Of a DNA stretch of 64,000 nt, positions 1 through 10,367 are shown piece by piece. The notes under the pieces are model-generated. The model was not told where the DNA came from and did not search any database. It worked only from the letters and a program-made list of their open reading frames with translations. The stretch comes from a virus, in IMG/VR virus record IMGVR_UViG_3300042878_001497, positions 1 to 64,000 of that record; one strand, given 5' to 3'. Within the stretch, counting starts at the first letter, position 1; each line of letters starts with the position of its first letter. The position numbers were made by a program, and so were the translations under genes.

Positions 1-270
1 GTATAACAGGAACTGCCACTCAAGGTATTCAAGGTATAACAGGAACTGCCACTCAAGGTATTCAAGGTATAACAGGAACTGCCACTCAAGGTATTCAAGG
101 TATAACAGGAACTGCCACTCAAGGTATCCAAGGAACAACTGGTACTGCTACTCAAGGTATTCAAGGTATAACAGGAACTGCCACTCAAGGTATCCAAGGA
201 ACAACTGGTACTGCTACTCAAGGTATTCAAGGTACTACCGGTTCTGCTACTCAAGGTATTCAAGGTATAA
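1..270 (+). repeat. 33-bp tandem repeat encoding QGIQG(I/T)TGTAT
   Basis: Repeated CAAGGTATTCAAGGTATAACAGGAACTGCCACT units read directly. Confidence 0.95.
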
Positions 271-710
271 CTGGTTCAACTGGCCCGGTAGCAGGTTCTG
301 CTAACCAGGTAGTATACAAGGACGGATCTAATAACCCAGCCGGTAGTGGTAACATGACCTTTGATGGGACTACGTTAACTGTTGCTGCACTATCAGAATC
401 TTCTGCATTAAAATACAAGGAAAGTATTTTAGCTTTATCATCTTCTTTACAATCTCTGAAAAGCGTACAAGGTGTATCCTTTATGAGAAAAGGAGAAGAT
501 AGAAGACAGATCGGATTTATAGCAGAAGAAGTACACAAGACCTTCCCAGAACTAATACAGTACAAGGACGGAGAAGTAGACAGCGTCTACTACCAGCGTA
601 TGACAGCTGTCCTAGTAGAGGCAGTTAAGGAACTAAGTGAAAAAGTTGAACAGCAAGAACTAATGATTAGTAACCTTATTGCAAGAGTAACTAAATTAGA
701 AGCTAAGTAG
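3..710 (+). CDS. Collagen-like tail fibre, C-terminal part, with S74-type intramolecular chaperone (5' end outside window)
   Basis: Frame open from base 3 (ITGTATQGIQG repeats) into ORF 354..710; IGFIAEEV and VYYQRMTAVLVEAVKEL plus coiled coil typical of peptidase S74 domains. Confidence 0.85.
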   Translation: MTGTATQGIQGITGTATQGIQGITGTATQGIQGITGTATQGIQGTTGTATQGIQGITGTATQGIQGTTGTATQGIQGTTGSATQGIQGITGSTGPVAGSANQVVYKDGSNNPAGSGNMTFDGTTLTVAALSESSALKYKESILALSSSLQSLKSVQGVSFMRKGEDRRQIGFIAEEVHKTFPELIQYKDGEVDSVYYQRMTAVLVEAVKELSEKVEQQELMISNLIARVTKLEAK

Positions 711-711
711 T

Positions 712-1749
712 ATGGCAATTTTACAAGCATCCACAGTTAATAGTTTAAAGTTCGGAAGAGGTAATAGTGCTTTAGTATCTAATACCGCTTTCGGAGTTAA
801 CTCTTTAATTAGTATATCTTCAGGAGCCTGCAATACAGGCTTTGGGTACAACACCCTAAACAACAAGTCCACAGGAGGATGCAATACTGCTTTTGGTGCT
901 CAAGCTCTCGCTTCCTCTAATAACTCTAAAAATACCGGCATAGGTAGATTAGCAGGATTTAATGTCGGAGGATATGCCGGTGGAACTCATATCGGAGCTC
1001 AGGCTGGAAGATATGCTGATGAATGTACTGTAACTATTGGATTTCAGGCCGGCTACTATAGCGGAAACTATGCAGTTTCAGTAGGACACCGAGCAGGGGT
1101 CAGTCTATCCGGAGGTAGCGTAGCAGTAGGGTTTAATGCTAAAGAAAACGGAGGAGGAGGAGCCACTCTCACAGTACTATCTTCAAGAGCAGGACAGTAC
1201 AACACTACAGGAGATCTCGCTACTCTAGTAGGATTCTACACGGGAAGATTTCTAGGAGGATCAAACTTTGATCTGCATGTAGGATGGTATGCCTACCAGC
1301 ACAACGGGTACGGAGTAAGCTGTCAAAGCTCAATAGGAAGATATCAAAACAATATCTGTAACTGTATATATACCAGCTGGAATAACGTTTCAGACTGTAG
1401 AGATAAAACAAATATCCAGCCGTTAACTAATCTAGGACTTAACTTTATACGTAAACTTAACCCTATTAAGTACAAATGGGACAACAGAGAGAAGTACGTA
1501 AATCAATGCGGTTTCGAATACGGAGTAAAAGATGGAACTTTAAAACAAGATAAAGTACACTATGGATTTTTAGCTCAAGAGTTAGACTTTGCAGCTAGGT
1601 CTGTAGGAGAAAAATTTGATGCTATCTCCCACGATACTTTCCGGGACCAGTATACGGTTAACTACCTGGATATGGTTGCGAGTCTTACCAAGGCTCTGCA
1701 AGAGATCAACAACGATTTAGATTTAATAGAAGCTCAACTGAACTCTTAA
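712..1749 (+). CDS. Fibre/spike protein, YadA-like NTAxG repeats plus S74 chaperone (paralog 1)
   Basis: NTAFG/NTGIG repeats; SDCRDK cleavage motif; YGFLAQEL. Confidence 0.8.
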   Translation: MAILQASTVNSLKFGRGNSALVSNTAFGVNSLISISSGACNTGFGYNTLNNKSTGGCNTAFGAQALASSNNSKNTGIGRLAGFNVGGYAGGTHIGAQAGRYADECTVTIGFQAGYYSGNYAVSVGHRAGVSLSGGSVAVGFNAKENGGGGATLTVLSSRAGQYNTTGDLATLVGFYTGRFLGGSNFDLHVGWYAYQHNGYGVSCQSSIGRYQNNICNCIYTSWNNVSDCRDKTNIQPLTNLGLNFIRKLNPIKYKWDNREKYVNQCGFEYGVKDGTLKQDKVHYGFLAQELDFAARSVGEKFDAISHDTFRDQYTVNYLDMVASLTKALQEINNDLDLIEAQLNS

Positions 1750-1750
1750 T

Positions 1751-2791
1751 ATGGCTACATTTGCAAGTTTTGCTAACGCTAACTCAGTCTGCGCCTCAAG
1801 AGGCGGCGGTAACTGTATAAGTAATACTGCTTTTGGATTTGAAGCTTTGAAAAACAACAGCACCGGGTACTGCAATACCGCTATTGGAAGACTAGCACTA
1901 TACAATAACTCTACAGGTAACCGCAATACAGCTATTGGCTTTGCTGCACTAACAGCTAATTCATCCGGACTATGTAACACAGCCGTCGGAGCTTTTGCAG
2001 GGTACCTTATGACAAGCAGCAACCTAACAGCCGTTGGTTATATGGCTGCAAGAAACGCTGTAGGAGGCTCTAACACCATGGTCGGTGCTTTTGCAGGATG
2101 TAACGTAACCACAGGAGTTTCTAACGTATTAATAGGTGCACGTGCTGGATGCAACCTACAAGGAGGTTCTTGTAACGTAGGTATAGGCTTCGGCGCACTT
2201 GGATTATCTACCGGTAATGGTAATGTAGCAATAGGTTGTAACGCACTTAACAACATATCTTCCGGAGGCTGTCACATCGGAATAGGATGGAGAGCTAATC
2301 TTTGTTCAACCTCAGTCAACTGTACTATAGGTGTAGGAGAAAATTCAAACCCTCGTAACTGTGTAGGACATACAGCCTGGGGGAGTAGTAGTCTAAACTA
2401 TAACGGCGTAGCAGCAGCATGGACTAATGTATCGGACTGCAGAGATAAAACAAATATCGAAAACCTAGATAATAAATTAGGTTTAGATTTTATTCGTAAT
2501 CTAGACACAGTCTCTTTTAACTGGGATTACAGGGATAGGTACGTCCAAAGATGCGGATTTGAATACGGTACAAAAGACGGTACTTTAACCAGTCCTAAAA
2601 AATCATACGGATTTATCGCCCAGCAAATGAAGCAACTCACAGACAGTCTTGGGACTACCTTCGAAGCACTTCGTTACAACGAAGAAAAAGATGGATACAG
2701 ACTATCTTATGCTGATATGATAGCACCTCTTGCAAAAGCTGTACAACAGACCGCTCAGAGATTAGAAACCTTAGAAGCACTAGCAGTATAA
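1751..2791 (+). CDS. Fibre/spike protein, YadA-like repeats plus S74 chaperone (paralog 2)
   Basis: NTAIG repeats; SDCRDK; YGFIAQQM. Confidence 0.8.
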   Translation: MATFASFANANSVCASRGGGNCISNTAFGFEALKNNSTGYCNTAIGRLALYNNSTGNRNTAIGFAALTANSSGLCNTAVGAFAGYLMTSSNLTAVGYMAARNAVGGSNTMVGAFAGCNVTTGVSNVLIGARAGCNLQGGSCNVGIGFGALGLSTGNGNVAIGCNALNNISSGGCHIGIGWRANLCSTSVNCTIGVGENSNPRNCVGHTAWGSSSLNYNGVAAAWTNVSDCRDKTNIENLDNKLGLDFIRNLDTVSFNWDYRDRYVQRCGFEYGTKDGTLTSPKKSYGFIAQQMKQLTDSLGTTFEALRYNEEKDGYRLSYADMIAPLAKAVQQTAQRLETLEALAV

Positions 2792-2792
2792 T

Positions 2793-3821
2793 ATGGCATC
2801 TTTACAACAATCTACAGTTAATAGCTTCCGCTTTGGTAGAGCAGCAGGTAATCAATCTCAAACAGCCGCTTTTGGCCGATATGCCGGCAACAGTACCAAC
2901 AACTACGCAACCCTGGCAGGATACCGATCAGGAATTAATAATACTAGTTATAGTGCTTTTGCAGGAGCAAGAGCCGGGGAATTTAACTACAACGTAAGTA
3001 ATGTAGGTATAGGCTTCTGTGCTTTTAATGGATCAGGAAACCGCTACCAAAACACAGCCGTAGGACAGAGAGCACAGCGTGCTGCTACAAGCGGCCGTCA
3101 TAACGTTGCTATAGGTTCATTTGCTTTTGATGGAGGTTCAACCAACGTACAGAGTATAGCTCTAGGGGTAAATGCCGGTAGATGTGCTAACGCCGATAAT
3201 GCCCTATTCATTGGAGTAGATGCAGCATGTAACACCACAGGAACTGAAAATACCTTTATCGGATTTAGAGCAGGTAGATGCAACACAGGCGGTGTACAGA
3301 ACACAGTAATAGGATTCTGTGCTGCTTATTCTTCAAACCTAAACAGAACTGTAGTAATTGGAACCAACACTTCTGTTTCAGCTAACTGTCACATGGTGTG
3401 GGGCGGTTCAAGCAATAATGTCGATAACTGTGTATGGGGCGGCTGGTCATACTTCTCAGACGCTAGAGATAAGACGGATATTACTCCCTTAACCTGTAAG
3501 ACAGGACTACAGTTTATTAAGAAATTAAGACCGGTAAGCTTTAATTTCGATAACAGAGAAAACTATGTTCGTGAATGTAATTTTCCTTACGGACAAAAAG
3601 ACGGTACATTAGCTGTTGCTAGAAAAGATTATGGATTCATTGCACAGGAAGTAAAACAGGCACTTGAAGAATTAGAGATTACAGACTTTTCAGGACTAGG
3701 CTACACTGAAAGTCAAGATGCTTACCGTATCACCTATGCTGAATTTATAGCACCTTTAACTAAAGCTATTCAAGAACTTGATGAAAGAACACAAGCTCTT
3801 AAACTTAAAGTTGGAATTTAA
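2793..3821 (+). CDS. Fibre/spike protein, YadA-like repeats plus S74 chaperone (paralog 3)
   Basis: NTAVG/NTFIG repeats; SDARDK; YGFIAQEV. Confidence 0.8.
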   Translation: MASLQQSTVNSFRFGRAAGNQSQTAAFGRYAGNSTNNYATLAGYRSGINNTSYSAFAGARAGEFNYNVSNVGIGFCAFNGSGNRYQNTAVGQRAQRAATSGRHNVAIGSFAFDGGSTNVQSIALGVNAGRCANADNALFIGVDAACNTTGTENTFIGFRAGRCNTGGVQNTVIGFCAAYSSNLNRTVVIGTNTSVSANCHMVWGGSSNNVDNCVWGGWSYFSDARDKTDITPLTCKTGLQFIKKLRPVSFNFDNRENYVRECNFPYGQKDGTLAVARKDYGFIAQEVKQALEELEITDFSGLGYTESQDAYRITYAEFIAPLTKAIQELDERTQALKLKVGI

Positions 3822-3839
3822 CATTTAGTTTCATATATT
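3811..3839 (+). promoter_or_regulatory. Host sigmaA-type promoter TTG-N20-TATATT
   Basis: Member of a motif recurring 11 times with near-constant spacing; resembles Bacteroidota -33/-7 consensus. Confidence 0.6.
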
Positions 3840-3856
3840 AATTAAAAACAGATCGT

Positions 3857-4117
3857 ATGTCAGACCAAGTCACAACTGCTATAACCAATGCTCTAAGCGT
3901 AGCGACTCTGCTTAATAAGCTAGTTACAGGGGTAATTGATCCCTCTGATGATAGATTAAGCAGTTCAAATGTTTTTGAAAGAAAAACTTACGTTATTCGT
4001 AATGTAGGCCACCTTAAGAGACTTATGTCTCAGACATGGTTTACAAATGCCTTAACTATCGAACAGTTCACAACCCTCAACGACGCTATTGTAGCCGGAG
4101 AAGATTATATAGGATAA
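3857..4117 (+). CDS. Hypothetical protein, possibly fibre-associated
   Basis: ORF with A-rich leader, in operon. Confidence 0.6.
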   Translation: MSDQVTTAITNALSVATLLNKLVTGVIDPSDDRLSSSNVFERKTYVIRNVGHLKRLMSQTWFTNALTIEQFTTLNDAIVAGEDYIG

Positions 4118-4121
4118 TATT

Positions 4122-4943
4122 ATGGTAAAAAAAGTTATGTACAATAGCTCGATGCCTCGAGCCGGATCTACACTCATTCAAAACATTTTAGGACAGAACC
4201 CTGACCTATACGTTACTCCTACCTCAGGAGTATTTGACTTCTTATACAACGCACGAACCATCTACTCAACCAGTCCAGAAGTTAAAGCCCAGGATGCTGA
4301 AACTATGGAAAAAGCCTGGAAGGGTTACTGCAAAGGAGCGGTTCACGGATACTTTGAAGCTATTACCGACCGTCCATACGTAATGGATAAATGCAGAGGA
4401 TGGTCAGGTGAATATAACTTCCTCAAGTTCTTTGACGAAAATCCCAAGATTATCTCTATGATTAGAGATCCTAGAGCAGTTTATGCTTCTATGGAAAAGA
4501 AATACCGAGCAAATCCTCAGATTGAACACGGAATCTTAAACTGGGCAGATCTAACAGGCACTACAACCGACAAGAGAATAGTACACTGGTCTAATACAGT
4601 ACCCATCGGACCGGTTATGGACCGAATCTACCAATCCCTGCTAGAAGGTACTCACGAAAATGTACTTTTTATTAAGTTTGAAGACCTTACAACCAGCCCA
4701 GACCGTGAACTAAAAAGAATCTACGAGTACTTAGAGCTACCACACTACAAGCATGACTTTAATAACGTAGAACAGCTTACCTACGAAGATGACAAGGTAT
4801 GGGGAGTGTTTGGAGATCACAAAATTAAAAATAAAATAGAGCCGGTGAAAGAAGACTATAAGGAAATCTTAGGACCAACCGGCTGTCAGTTAATCACCGA
4901 TAACTACCAATGGTTTTATGATGCTTTCGAGTACAAAATCTAA
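4122..4943 (+). CDS. Sulfotransferase family protein
   Basis: 5'-PSB loop SSMPRAGSTL; 3'-PB motif IRDPRAVYAS; KFEDL. Confidence 0.85.
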   Translation: MVKKVMYNSSMPRAGSTLIQNILGQNPDLYVTPTSGVFDFLYNARTIYSTSPEVKAQDAETMEKAWKGYCKGAVHGYFEAITDRPYVMDKCRGWSGEYNFLKFFDENPKIISMIRDPRAVYASMEKKYRANPQIEHGILNWADLTGTTTDKRIVHWSNTVPIGPVMDRIYQSLLEGTHENVLFIKFEDLTTSPDRELKRIYEYLELPHYKHDFNNVEQLTYEDDKVWGVFGDHKIKNKIEPVKEDYKEILGPTGCQLITDNYQWFYDAFEYKI

Positions 4944-4956
4944 GAGAGTTTAACTA

Positions 4957-4964
4957 TATTTATA
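4957..4964 (+). promoter_or_regulatory. Putative phage late promoter TATTTATA (one of 13 intergenic copies)
   Basis: Also at 8538, 15563, 16803, 17413, 18464, 20228, 20802, 21837, 30552, 35384, 38685, 45952. Confidence 0.65.
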
Positions 4965-4980
4965 AGATATAAACACTAAT

Positions 4981-5364
4981 ATGGCTTACCACCTACTTTC
5001 AAATCGTCCGGTTATCTACGATGCCGTAACACAGGCAACTTCTTCGTTAGTATTAATTGCTAACCAGACTATCTACGTAGACCCCACCCACAACATGCCT
5101 GGTGACTCTTTCGTTACCCTTAACGGTATAGTCTTTGTTAACTATACCTCTCAAAACCCGCTTGGTATCAACCAAACTCGTTTAGTACTTCCAGTCGACG
5201 AATGGAACACTTACTACGAGTCATTGACTTACCCGGCCGGAATGACAGGTCAGTACGCCAAGCACGTTTACGCTCACCTAAACTACACCCTAGAGAACGT
5301 TCCTAATATGTTTGGATTAGCAGTAGGTGACTGGACTCTAGTATCTACTTCAGGGAGTCTTTAA
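4981..5364 (+). CDS. Hypothetical protein, likely virion-associated
   Basis: ORF after TATTTATA motif. Confidence 0.6.
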   Translation: MAYHLLSNRPVIYDAVTQATSSLVLIANQTIYVDPTHNMPGDSFVTLNGIVFVNYTSQNPLGINQTRLVLPVDEWNTYYESLTYPAGMTGQYAKHVYAHLNYTLENVPNMFGLAVGDWTLVSTSGSL

Positions 5365-5400
5365 GTAATAGACAGCTTGCTGTCTTAAAATAGTTTTAAT

Positions 5401-6306
5401 ATGAAAGCAGGTTATCAAGGGAAGGATAAGTACCTGGTCTGGCACATTGAAGGCGGACTGGGTAAAAACATAGCAGCTACATCGCTGCTTTCCTCCATTA
5501 AACAGACATATCCCGACCGTAAGATTATTTTGGTGGTTTCTTACCCGGAAATCTTCTTGAATTTCCCGGAAGTAGAGAGAGTATACCCGGTAGGCAACAC
5601 TCCGTACTTCTATCAGAATTATATCGAAGATAAAGATACATTAGTATTCCGCCATGAAGGATACTTCCAGAATGGACACATCCAGAAAGAGCAGCATATT
5701 ATCAAAAGCTGGTGTGAACTTCTAGGACTAGAATATACCGAACAAAAGCCGGTGCTTTTTCTGAACCTGGTACAGAAGAGATTTGCCAATGCCTGGAGAC
5801 GAGAGAAACCAGTAATAGTGATTCAAACCGGAGGAGGTCCCTTAGAAGATCAGCAGGTTTATAGCTGGACTAGAGATATTCCGCCAGCTATCTCAAACCT
5901 ACTGGTACAGCACTACTCCAAAGACTACCATGTAATTCAGATCTGTAGGAGTGAAAGAGAAGCTATTCCGGGTGCAGAAGCAATCTACCAGCCTCTATCA
6001 AACTTTGAACTGTTGACAGTTCTAGCAGCTTCAGAAAAAAGAATCCTTATAGATTCATGCTTACAGCACGCTGCAGCTGCTTTCAATCTACCATCTACCG
6101 TGATGTGGGTAGGAACATCTCCTAAAGTATTTGGATACGATCTACATACAAATATTCAAGCAAGCCCTCCTAAGTTTGCTCCTAAGCTAATTAATTCGTA
6201 TCTTTTCGATTATTCTTTTGACGGAGCAGCTATTCAATGTCCTTACGAAAGTCCGGATGAGATTTTTAATATAGCTGATATTATTAAAGCAGTAGATGGA
6301 AATTAA
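5401..6306 (+). CDS. GT9/heptosyltransferase-like glycosyltransferase
   Basis: GGLGKNI N-terminal motif; IDSCLQHAAAAFNLPSTVMW matches GT9 DSGxxHxAxA motif. Confidence 0.7.
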   Translation: MKAGYQGKDKYLVWHIEGGLGKNIAATSLLSSIKQTYPDRKIILVVSYPEIFLNFPEVERVYPVGNTPYFYQNYIEDKDTLVFRHEGYFQNGHIQKEQHIIKSWCELLGLEYTEQKPVLFLNLVQKRFANAWRREKPVIVIQTGGGPLEDQQVYSWTRDIPPAISNLLVQHYSKDYHVIQICRSEREAIPGAEAIYQPLSNFELLTVLAASEKRILIDSCLQHAAAAFNLPSTVMWVGTSPKVFGYDLHTNIQASPPKFAPKLINSYLFDYSFDGAAIQCPYESPDEIFNIADIIKAVDGN

Positions 6307-7282
6307 TTTTGTAAAAAGGGTTATTGAAGCAGGAGGAATAATCCGCCCTCTGCTTGTACCGGCCGAGTACACCGAAGGAACAGGACTATGCAACCCCTCA
6401 GTCTACATTGATGGAGATAGGATTCTAGTGAACCTACGTCACGTACAGTACAACCTCTACCATAACGAAGGCCGTAAAGAGTTTCATAGCCGTTGGGGAC
6501 CCATGACTTACATGCATCCTGAAGACGACTTAAAGCTACGTACGATCAACTATCTATGCATTTTAGATCAAGAGCTCAACCTTGTTAAGGGCAGTAAAGT
6601 AGACACCTCCCGACTGGATGTAACCCCGGTCTGGGATTTTATCGGGCTAGAAGATGCTAGAGTAGTAAGATGGGATAATAAACTCTACCTAATTGGTGTT
6701 CGAAGAGATACCAAGACCAACGGAGAGGGTAGAATGGAATTTAGCGAAGTAGTAGAATACGAGGACGGAGTAAAGGAACTGTCCCGTACCCGAATCGAAC
6801 CTCCTAGTGATCCGAATTCATACTGCGAGAAGAACTGGATGCCGATCATTGACCAGCCTTTTAGGTTTGTAAAATGGAGCAATCCTACCGAAGTAGTAGA
6901 AGTAGATCTTGCAACAAAATCAAGCAAGATTATCCATCAGAGTCAAAACTACCTACAAGGTTACCGAGATTTTAGAGGAGGTTCTCAGGTCATTCCTTGG
7001 GAAGGCGGTTACATCACTGTTACCCACGAAGTAGATATGTGGTATAACGAAGTAGGTAATAAAGACTGTCACTACTACCACCGGTTCTTGGTTTGGGATA
7101 AAGACTGGAATCTTGTTAAGATATCAAAAGAGTTTAAATACTTGACCGGTCACGTAGAATTTACCTGCGGGATTGCAGAATACCAGGGAGATATCCTCAT
7201 TACTTTTGGATTTCAGGATAATACTGCGTATATTTTAAAAACTCCTAAGAAAGTTATACAAGATTTTATAGATGGACAGTAA
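6296..7282 (+). CDS. Five-bladed beta-propeller glycosidase/phosphorylase-like protein (GH130/GH43-like)
   Basis: NPSV, GLEDARV, EKNWMP, RGGS, VEFTCG, FGFQD motifs. Confidence 0.65.
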   Translation: MEINFVKRVIEAGGIIRPLLVPAEYTEGTGLCNPSVYIDGDRILVNLRHVQYNLYHNEGRKEFHSRWGPMTYMHPEDDLKLRTINYLCILDQELNLVKGSKVDTSRLDVTPVWDFIGLEDARVVRWDNKLYLIGVRRDTKTNGEGRMEFSEVVEYEDGVKELSRTRIEPPSDPNSYCEKNWMPIIDQPFRFVKWSNPTEVVEVDLATKSSKIIHQSQNYLQGYRDFRGGSQVIPWEGGYITVTHEVDMWYNEVGNKDCHYYHRFLVWDKDWNLVKISKEFKYLTGHVEFTCGIAEYQGDILITFGFQDNTAYILKTPKKVIQDFIDGQ

Positions 7283-8519
7283 TTTACAAAAAGCGATTGA
7301 GACATTTATACAATCTCCAGGAGATCCAGGTGTAAATTTTCTTATCGGGTACGAATACGACATAAGAGGTCAGATTGCTGCCGCTCTATCCTTTTACTTA
7401 CGAGTTGCTGAAACTACAACCGATAAAGATCTGCAGTATGAATGCCTGCTTCGTAACTTCTTAAACATTAATAAGCAAAAAGAACGTAAGCATTCTGCCA
7501 CCGGACAACTTCTGCATGCTATTTCCGTTCGTCCGGACCGTCCGGAAGGTTACTTCCTCCTCAGCCGGTACTACGAACGTGAGCAAAAATGGCAGGAATG
7601 CTATACAACCGCCTGTACCGGTCTGCAGTTTATCAAGCATGAGTATCGTTCACTAGTAACCGATGTAGAGTACCCGGCAGAGTACGCTCTCTATTTCCAA
7701 AAAGCAGTTTCGGCTTGGTGGATTGGTAAATGCGATGAATCAAGAGGTATGCTGCGCTGGATCATGGACAGTTACTACATGAGTGACTTATTCGCAAATG
7801 TTACTAGAGATAATATCATTAAACTCAAAGGAGAGTTATTCCCAATCACCCCGTATACTAAAGAACAGCACCCGGAACTTAAATATAAATTCCCAGGATC
7901 TGAAAAGATTGAAAAGAATTTTGCACAAGCCTACCAGGATATGTTTGTGCTAGCAGCACTGAAAGGTAAAAAGAACGGAACCTACCTGGAGATTGGATCA
8001 GGAGATCCTCACCACAACAACAATACCGCTCTTCTGGAAGAATCCTACGGATGGAAAGGAGCATCAATTGATATTGATCAGGCAGTGACTGATAAGTTTA
8101 AAGCTGCTAGGAAAAACCCGGTATACTGCCAGGATGCAGTAGCCACCGACTATAGAGACTTCCTACGCAAGATAGATCTAGGAAAGGATATTGATTTCCT
8201 ACAGCTTGACTGCGACCCGGAGTACAATACCTACGCTATCCTAGAAGCTATACCGTTTGATGAGTATCGATTTGCAGTAATTACCTATGAGCATGATTAC
8301 TACTACGACTCTACAAAAACCTATAGAGACAAGTCTAGAAAGTATCTGCAAGAGAAAGGATACGAACTTTTAGTAACTAACATTTCGGTAGATAAGAATA
8401 GTAGTTACGAGGATTGGTGGGTTCACCCACAGCTTATTGACCCTGAGACTATCGAATTAATGAAGAATACTTGCGATAAAACCAAGCAAGCTCAGGATTA
8501 CATGCTAGGAAAACTCTAA
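7272..8519 (+). CDS. TPR domain fused to FkbM-family methyltransferase
   Basis: TPR-like N-terminus (RPDRPEGYFLL); AQAYQD, YLEIGSGD, IDFLQLDCD, ITYEHD, EDWWVHP. Confidence 0.75.
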   Translation: MDSNLQKAIETFIQSPGDPGVNFLIGYEYDIRGQIAAALSFYLRVAETTTDKDLQYECLLRNFLNINKQKERKHSATGQLLHAISVRPDRPEGYFLLSRYYEREQKWQECYTTACTGLQFIKHEYRSLVTDVEYPAEYALYFQKAVSAWWIGKCDESRGMLRWIMDSYYMSDLFANVTRDNIIKLKGELFPITPYTKEQHPELKYKFPGSEKIEKNFAQAYQDMFVLAALKGKKNGTYLEIGSGDPHHNNNTALLEESYGWKGASIDIDQAVTDKFKAARKNPVYCQDAVATDYRDFLRKIDLGKDIDFLQLDCDPEYNTYAILEAIPFDEYRFAVITYEHDYYYDSTKTYRDKSRKYLQEKGYELLVTNISVDKNSSYEDWWVHPQLIDPETIELMKNTCDKTKQAQDYMLGKL

Positions 8520-8556
8520 CACCTTAAGGCGCCGTCCTATTTATAAAGAAAAAAGA

Positions 8557-10239
8557 ATGGCGTTTTCAAGCAATCCACAGATACAAAGAGATGGGCTTAT
8601 TCTGAATCTCGATGCTGCTGACCTAACATCAGCCCGGACCGTAAGATCAGTTGAAGTTATGGTCGTTGGCGGAGGCGGAGGCGGTGGTATGGATATGGGC
8701 GGTGGTGGAGGCGGCGGCGGAGTGCTTTACGACCCTAACTACAAAGTCACCCCGGGTGTAGGCATCACAGTCACTGTAGGAGCTGGAGGCTTCGGAGCAC
8801 CAGCAGGCAATGGCGGTTACAGAACCGATGGAGCAGGTCCGCAACCGAACAGTCACCAATTCACTATCTCAGCAACCAACGGATCCGATTCAGTATTTGG
8901 AAACTTAACTGCAAAAGGAGGAGGATTTGGAGCAAGCTCATACTACGGATACACTCCAAATTCAGGTATAGGAGGTTCAGGAGCATCCGGAGGAGGATGT
9001 TCAGCATACACTCACGGAGGAGAGCGGTACGTTGATACAAACAATATTGTAGGTCAGGGATATCCGGGCGGGAACTCCGGTAATCCGACTACAGGTGCCG
9101 ACGACCATTGGTCAGGAGGCGGCGGAGGAGCCGGAGGAAGAGGTACTAGTGGACCAGGTCACGTTGCTCCTAGCGGTAACGCCGGCCACGGAGGTCCTGG
9201 GATTCTTATATCAAGAATGAGTCCTTACTACTACAGCGGCGGTGGAGGCGGTTCTTGCTACTCCGGAACCAAGGGCGGCGACGGCGGGCTCGGAGGAGGA
9301 GGAGGCGGAGCAGCTGGTGGAAACGGAAACACTGTAGGGTTTGGAGATACTAACGGCAGGAATGCCGGCAGCAATGGCGGATTAGGTAATCAACAGCCAG
9401 GAGGTAACGCAGGAGCTAATACCGGAGGTGGAGGCGGAGGAGGATCTCACTACAACGCCAACAACAAAGGAGGAGAAGGGGGTTCAGGAATTGTAATTGT
9501 TCGTTACAACGGACCTCAAGCAGCTACAGGAGGAACTTATTCTTTTTCTAATGGAGTATCGTTTCATACCTTTACCTCTAGCGGTACTTTTACCCCTTAT
9601 GGTTCAACTCAAGACACAGTCTGGTACGATACCTCAGGAAATGGACACCATGCAACTTTATACGGAGGATGTACTTTTGAAACTATTAAAGGAGTACCGA
9701 GTGTAAACTTAGATGGAACAAGTGACTGGATTGGTAATACAACACTAACAGGGGGATGGTCAGATTTTACATTAGAGTTAATGTTCTACCATAATGGCTT
9801 AGACCAGGGCGGCTCTTACGGTGTTTTATCAATGGGCGCTAATGGTAACTACGGCCCAATGTTCTACTGCCACGGTTCCTGTATGGGATCTCACTACTTC
9901 CCCGATAGTCCTAGCGGGGCTTACCCCGGCGGTATGGGGTATTGGAGTAATGATACTTGGAATATTTTTACATGGGTATTTAAAAATACTGTTACGGATA
10001 ACACTACCGGAGATCTTAAAACCTACATAAACGGAGCATACAACTCAGGAACTTCTAATTATAATTTCCACAATAGTGGCATGGGTAGAGGATCTAACGG
10101 ATACGCATTAGGAACATATAGTGGAGGAGGATCCCTGTACAGAGGTGCTTTTGCTATATTTAGAGTTTATAATAGAGCTTTATCTGCTACCGAAGTTGCA
10201 AGAAATTATTCTTTGATTAAAACAAGATTTGGACTATGA
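8557..10239 (+). CDS. Glycine-rich domain plus LamG/concanavalin A-like virion protein
   Basis: VVGGGGGGG...GGSGIVIVRY glycine-rich domain; C-terminal VYNRALSATEV. Confidence 0.8.
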   Translation: MAFSSNPQIQRDGLILNLDAADLTSARTVRSVEVMVVGGGGGGGMDMGGGGGGGGVLYDPNYKVTPGVGITVTVGAGGFGAPAGNGGYRTDGAGPQPNSHQFTISATNGSDSVFGNLTAKGGGFGASSYYGYTPNSGIGGSGASGGGCSAYTHGGERYVDTNNIVGQGYPGGNSGNPTTGADDHWSGGGGGAGGRGTSGPGHVAPSGNAGHGGPGILISRMSPYYYSGGGGGSCYSGTKGGDGGLGGGGGGAAGGNGNTVGFGDTNGRNAGSNGGLGNQQPGGNAGANTGGGGGGGSHYNANNKGGEGGSGIVIVRYNGPQAATGGTYSFSNGVSFHTFTSSGTFTPYGSTQDTVWYDTSGNGHHATLYGGCTFETIKGVPSVNLDGTSDWIGNTTLTGGWSDFTLELMFYHNGLDQGGSYGVLSMGANGNYGPMFYCHGSCMGSHYFPDSPSGAYPGGMGYWSNDTWNIFTWVFKNTVTDNTTGDLKTYINGAYNSGTSNYNFHNSGMGRGSNGYALGTYSGGGSLYRGAFAIFRVYNRALSATEVARNYSLIKTRFGL

Positions 10240-10367
10240 CACCTGAAATTTTTGAATTAGGAACCGGACAAGCTACTATCTTTTTAGTTGCTTATGTACG
10301 TAATGGAAATCCTATAGGAGCTTTCCCGACCCGGGAACAAGCCGAAGAATTTTTAGCCAGCCTATAA
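10236..10367 (+). CDS. Small hypothetical protein (43 aa, not in ORF track)
   Basis: ATGA overlap with upstream stop; MTPEIFELG...FLASL; fills the gap to the next gene. Confidence 0.55.
   Translation: MTPEIFELGTGQATIFLVAYVRNGNPIGAFPTREQAEEFLASL

Noticed and set aside
1-270. Regular 33-bp repeats as a CRISPR array
   Set aside because: No unique spacers; the repeats are in-frame collagen-like coding sequence.
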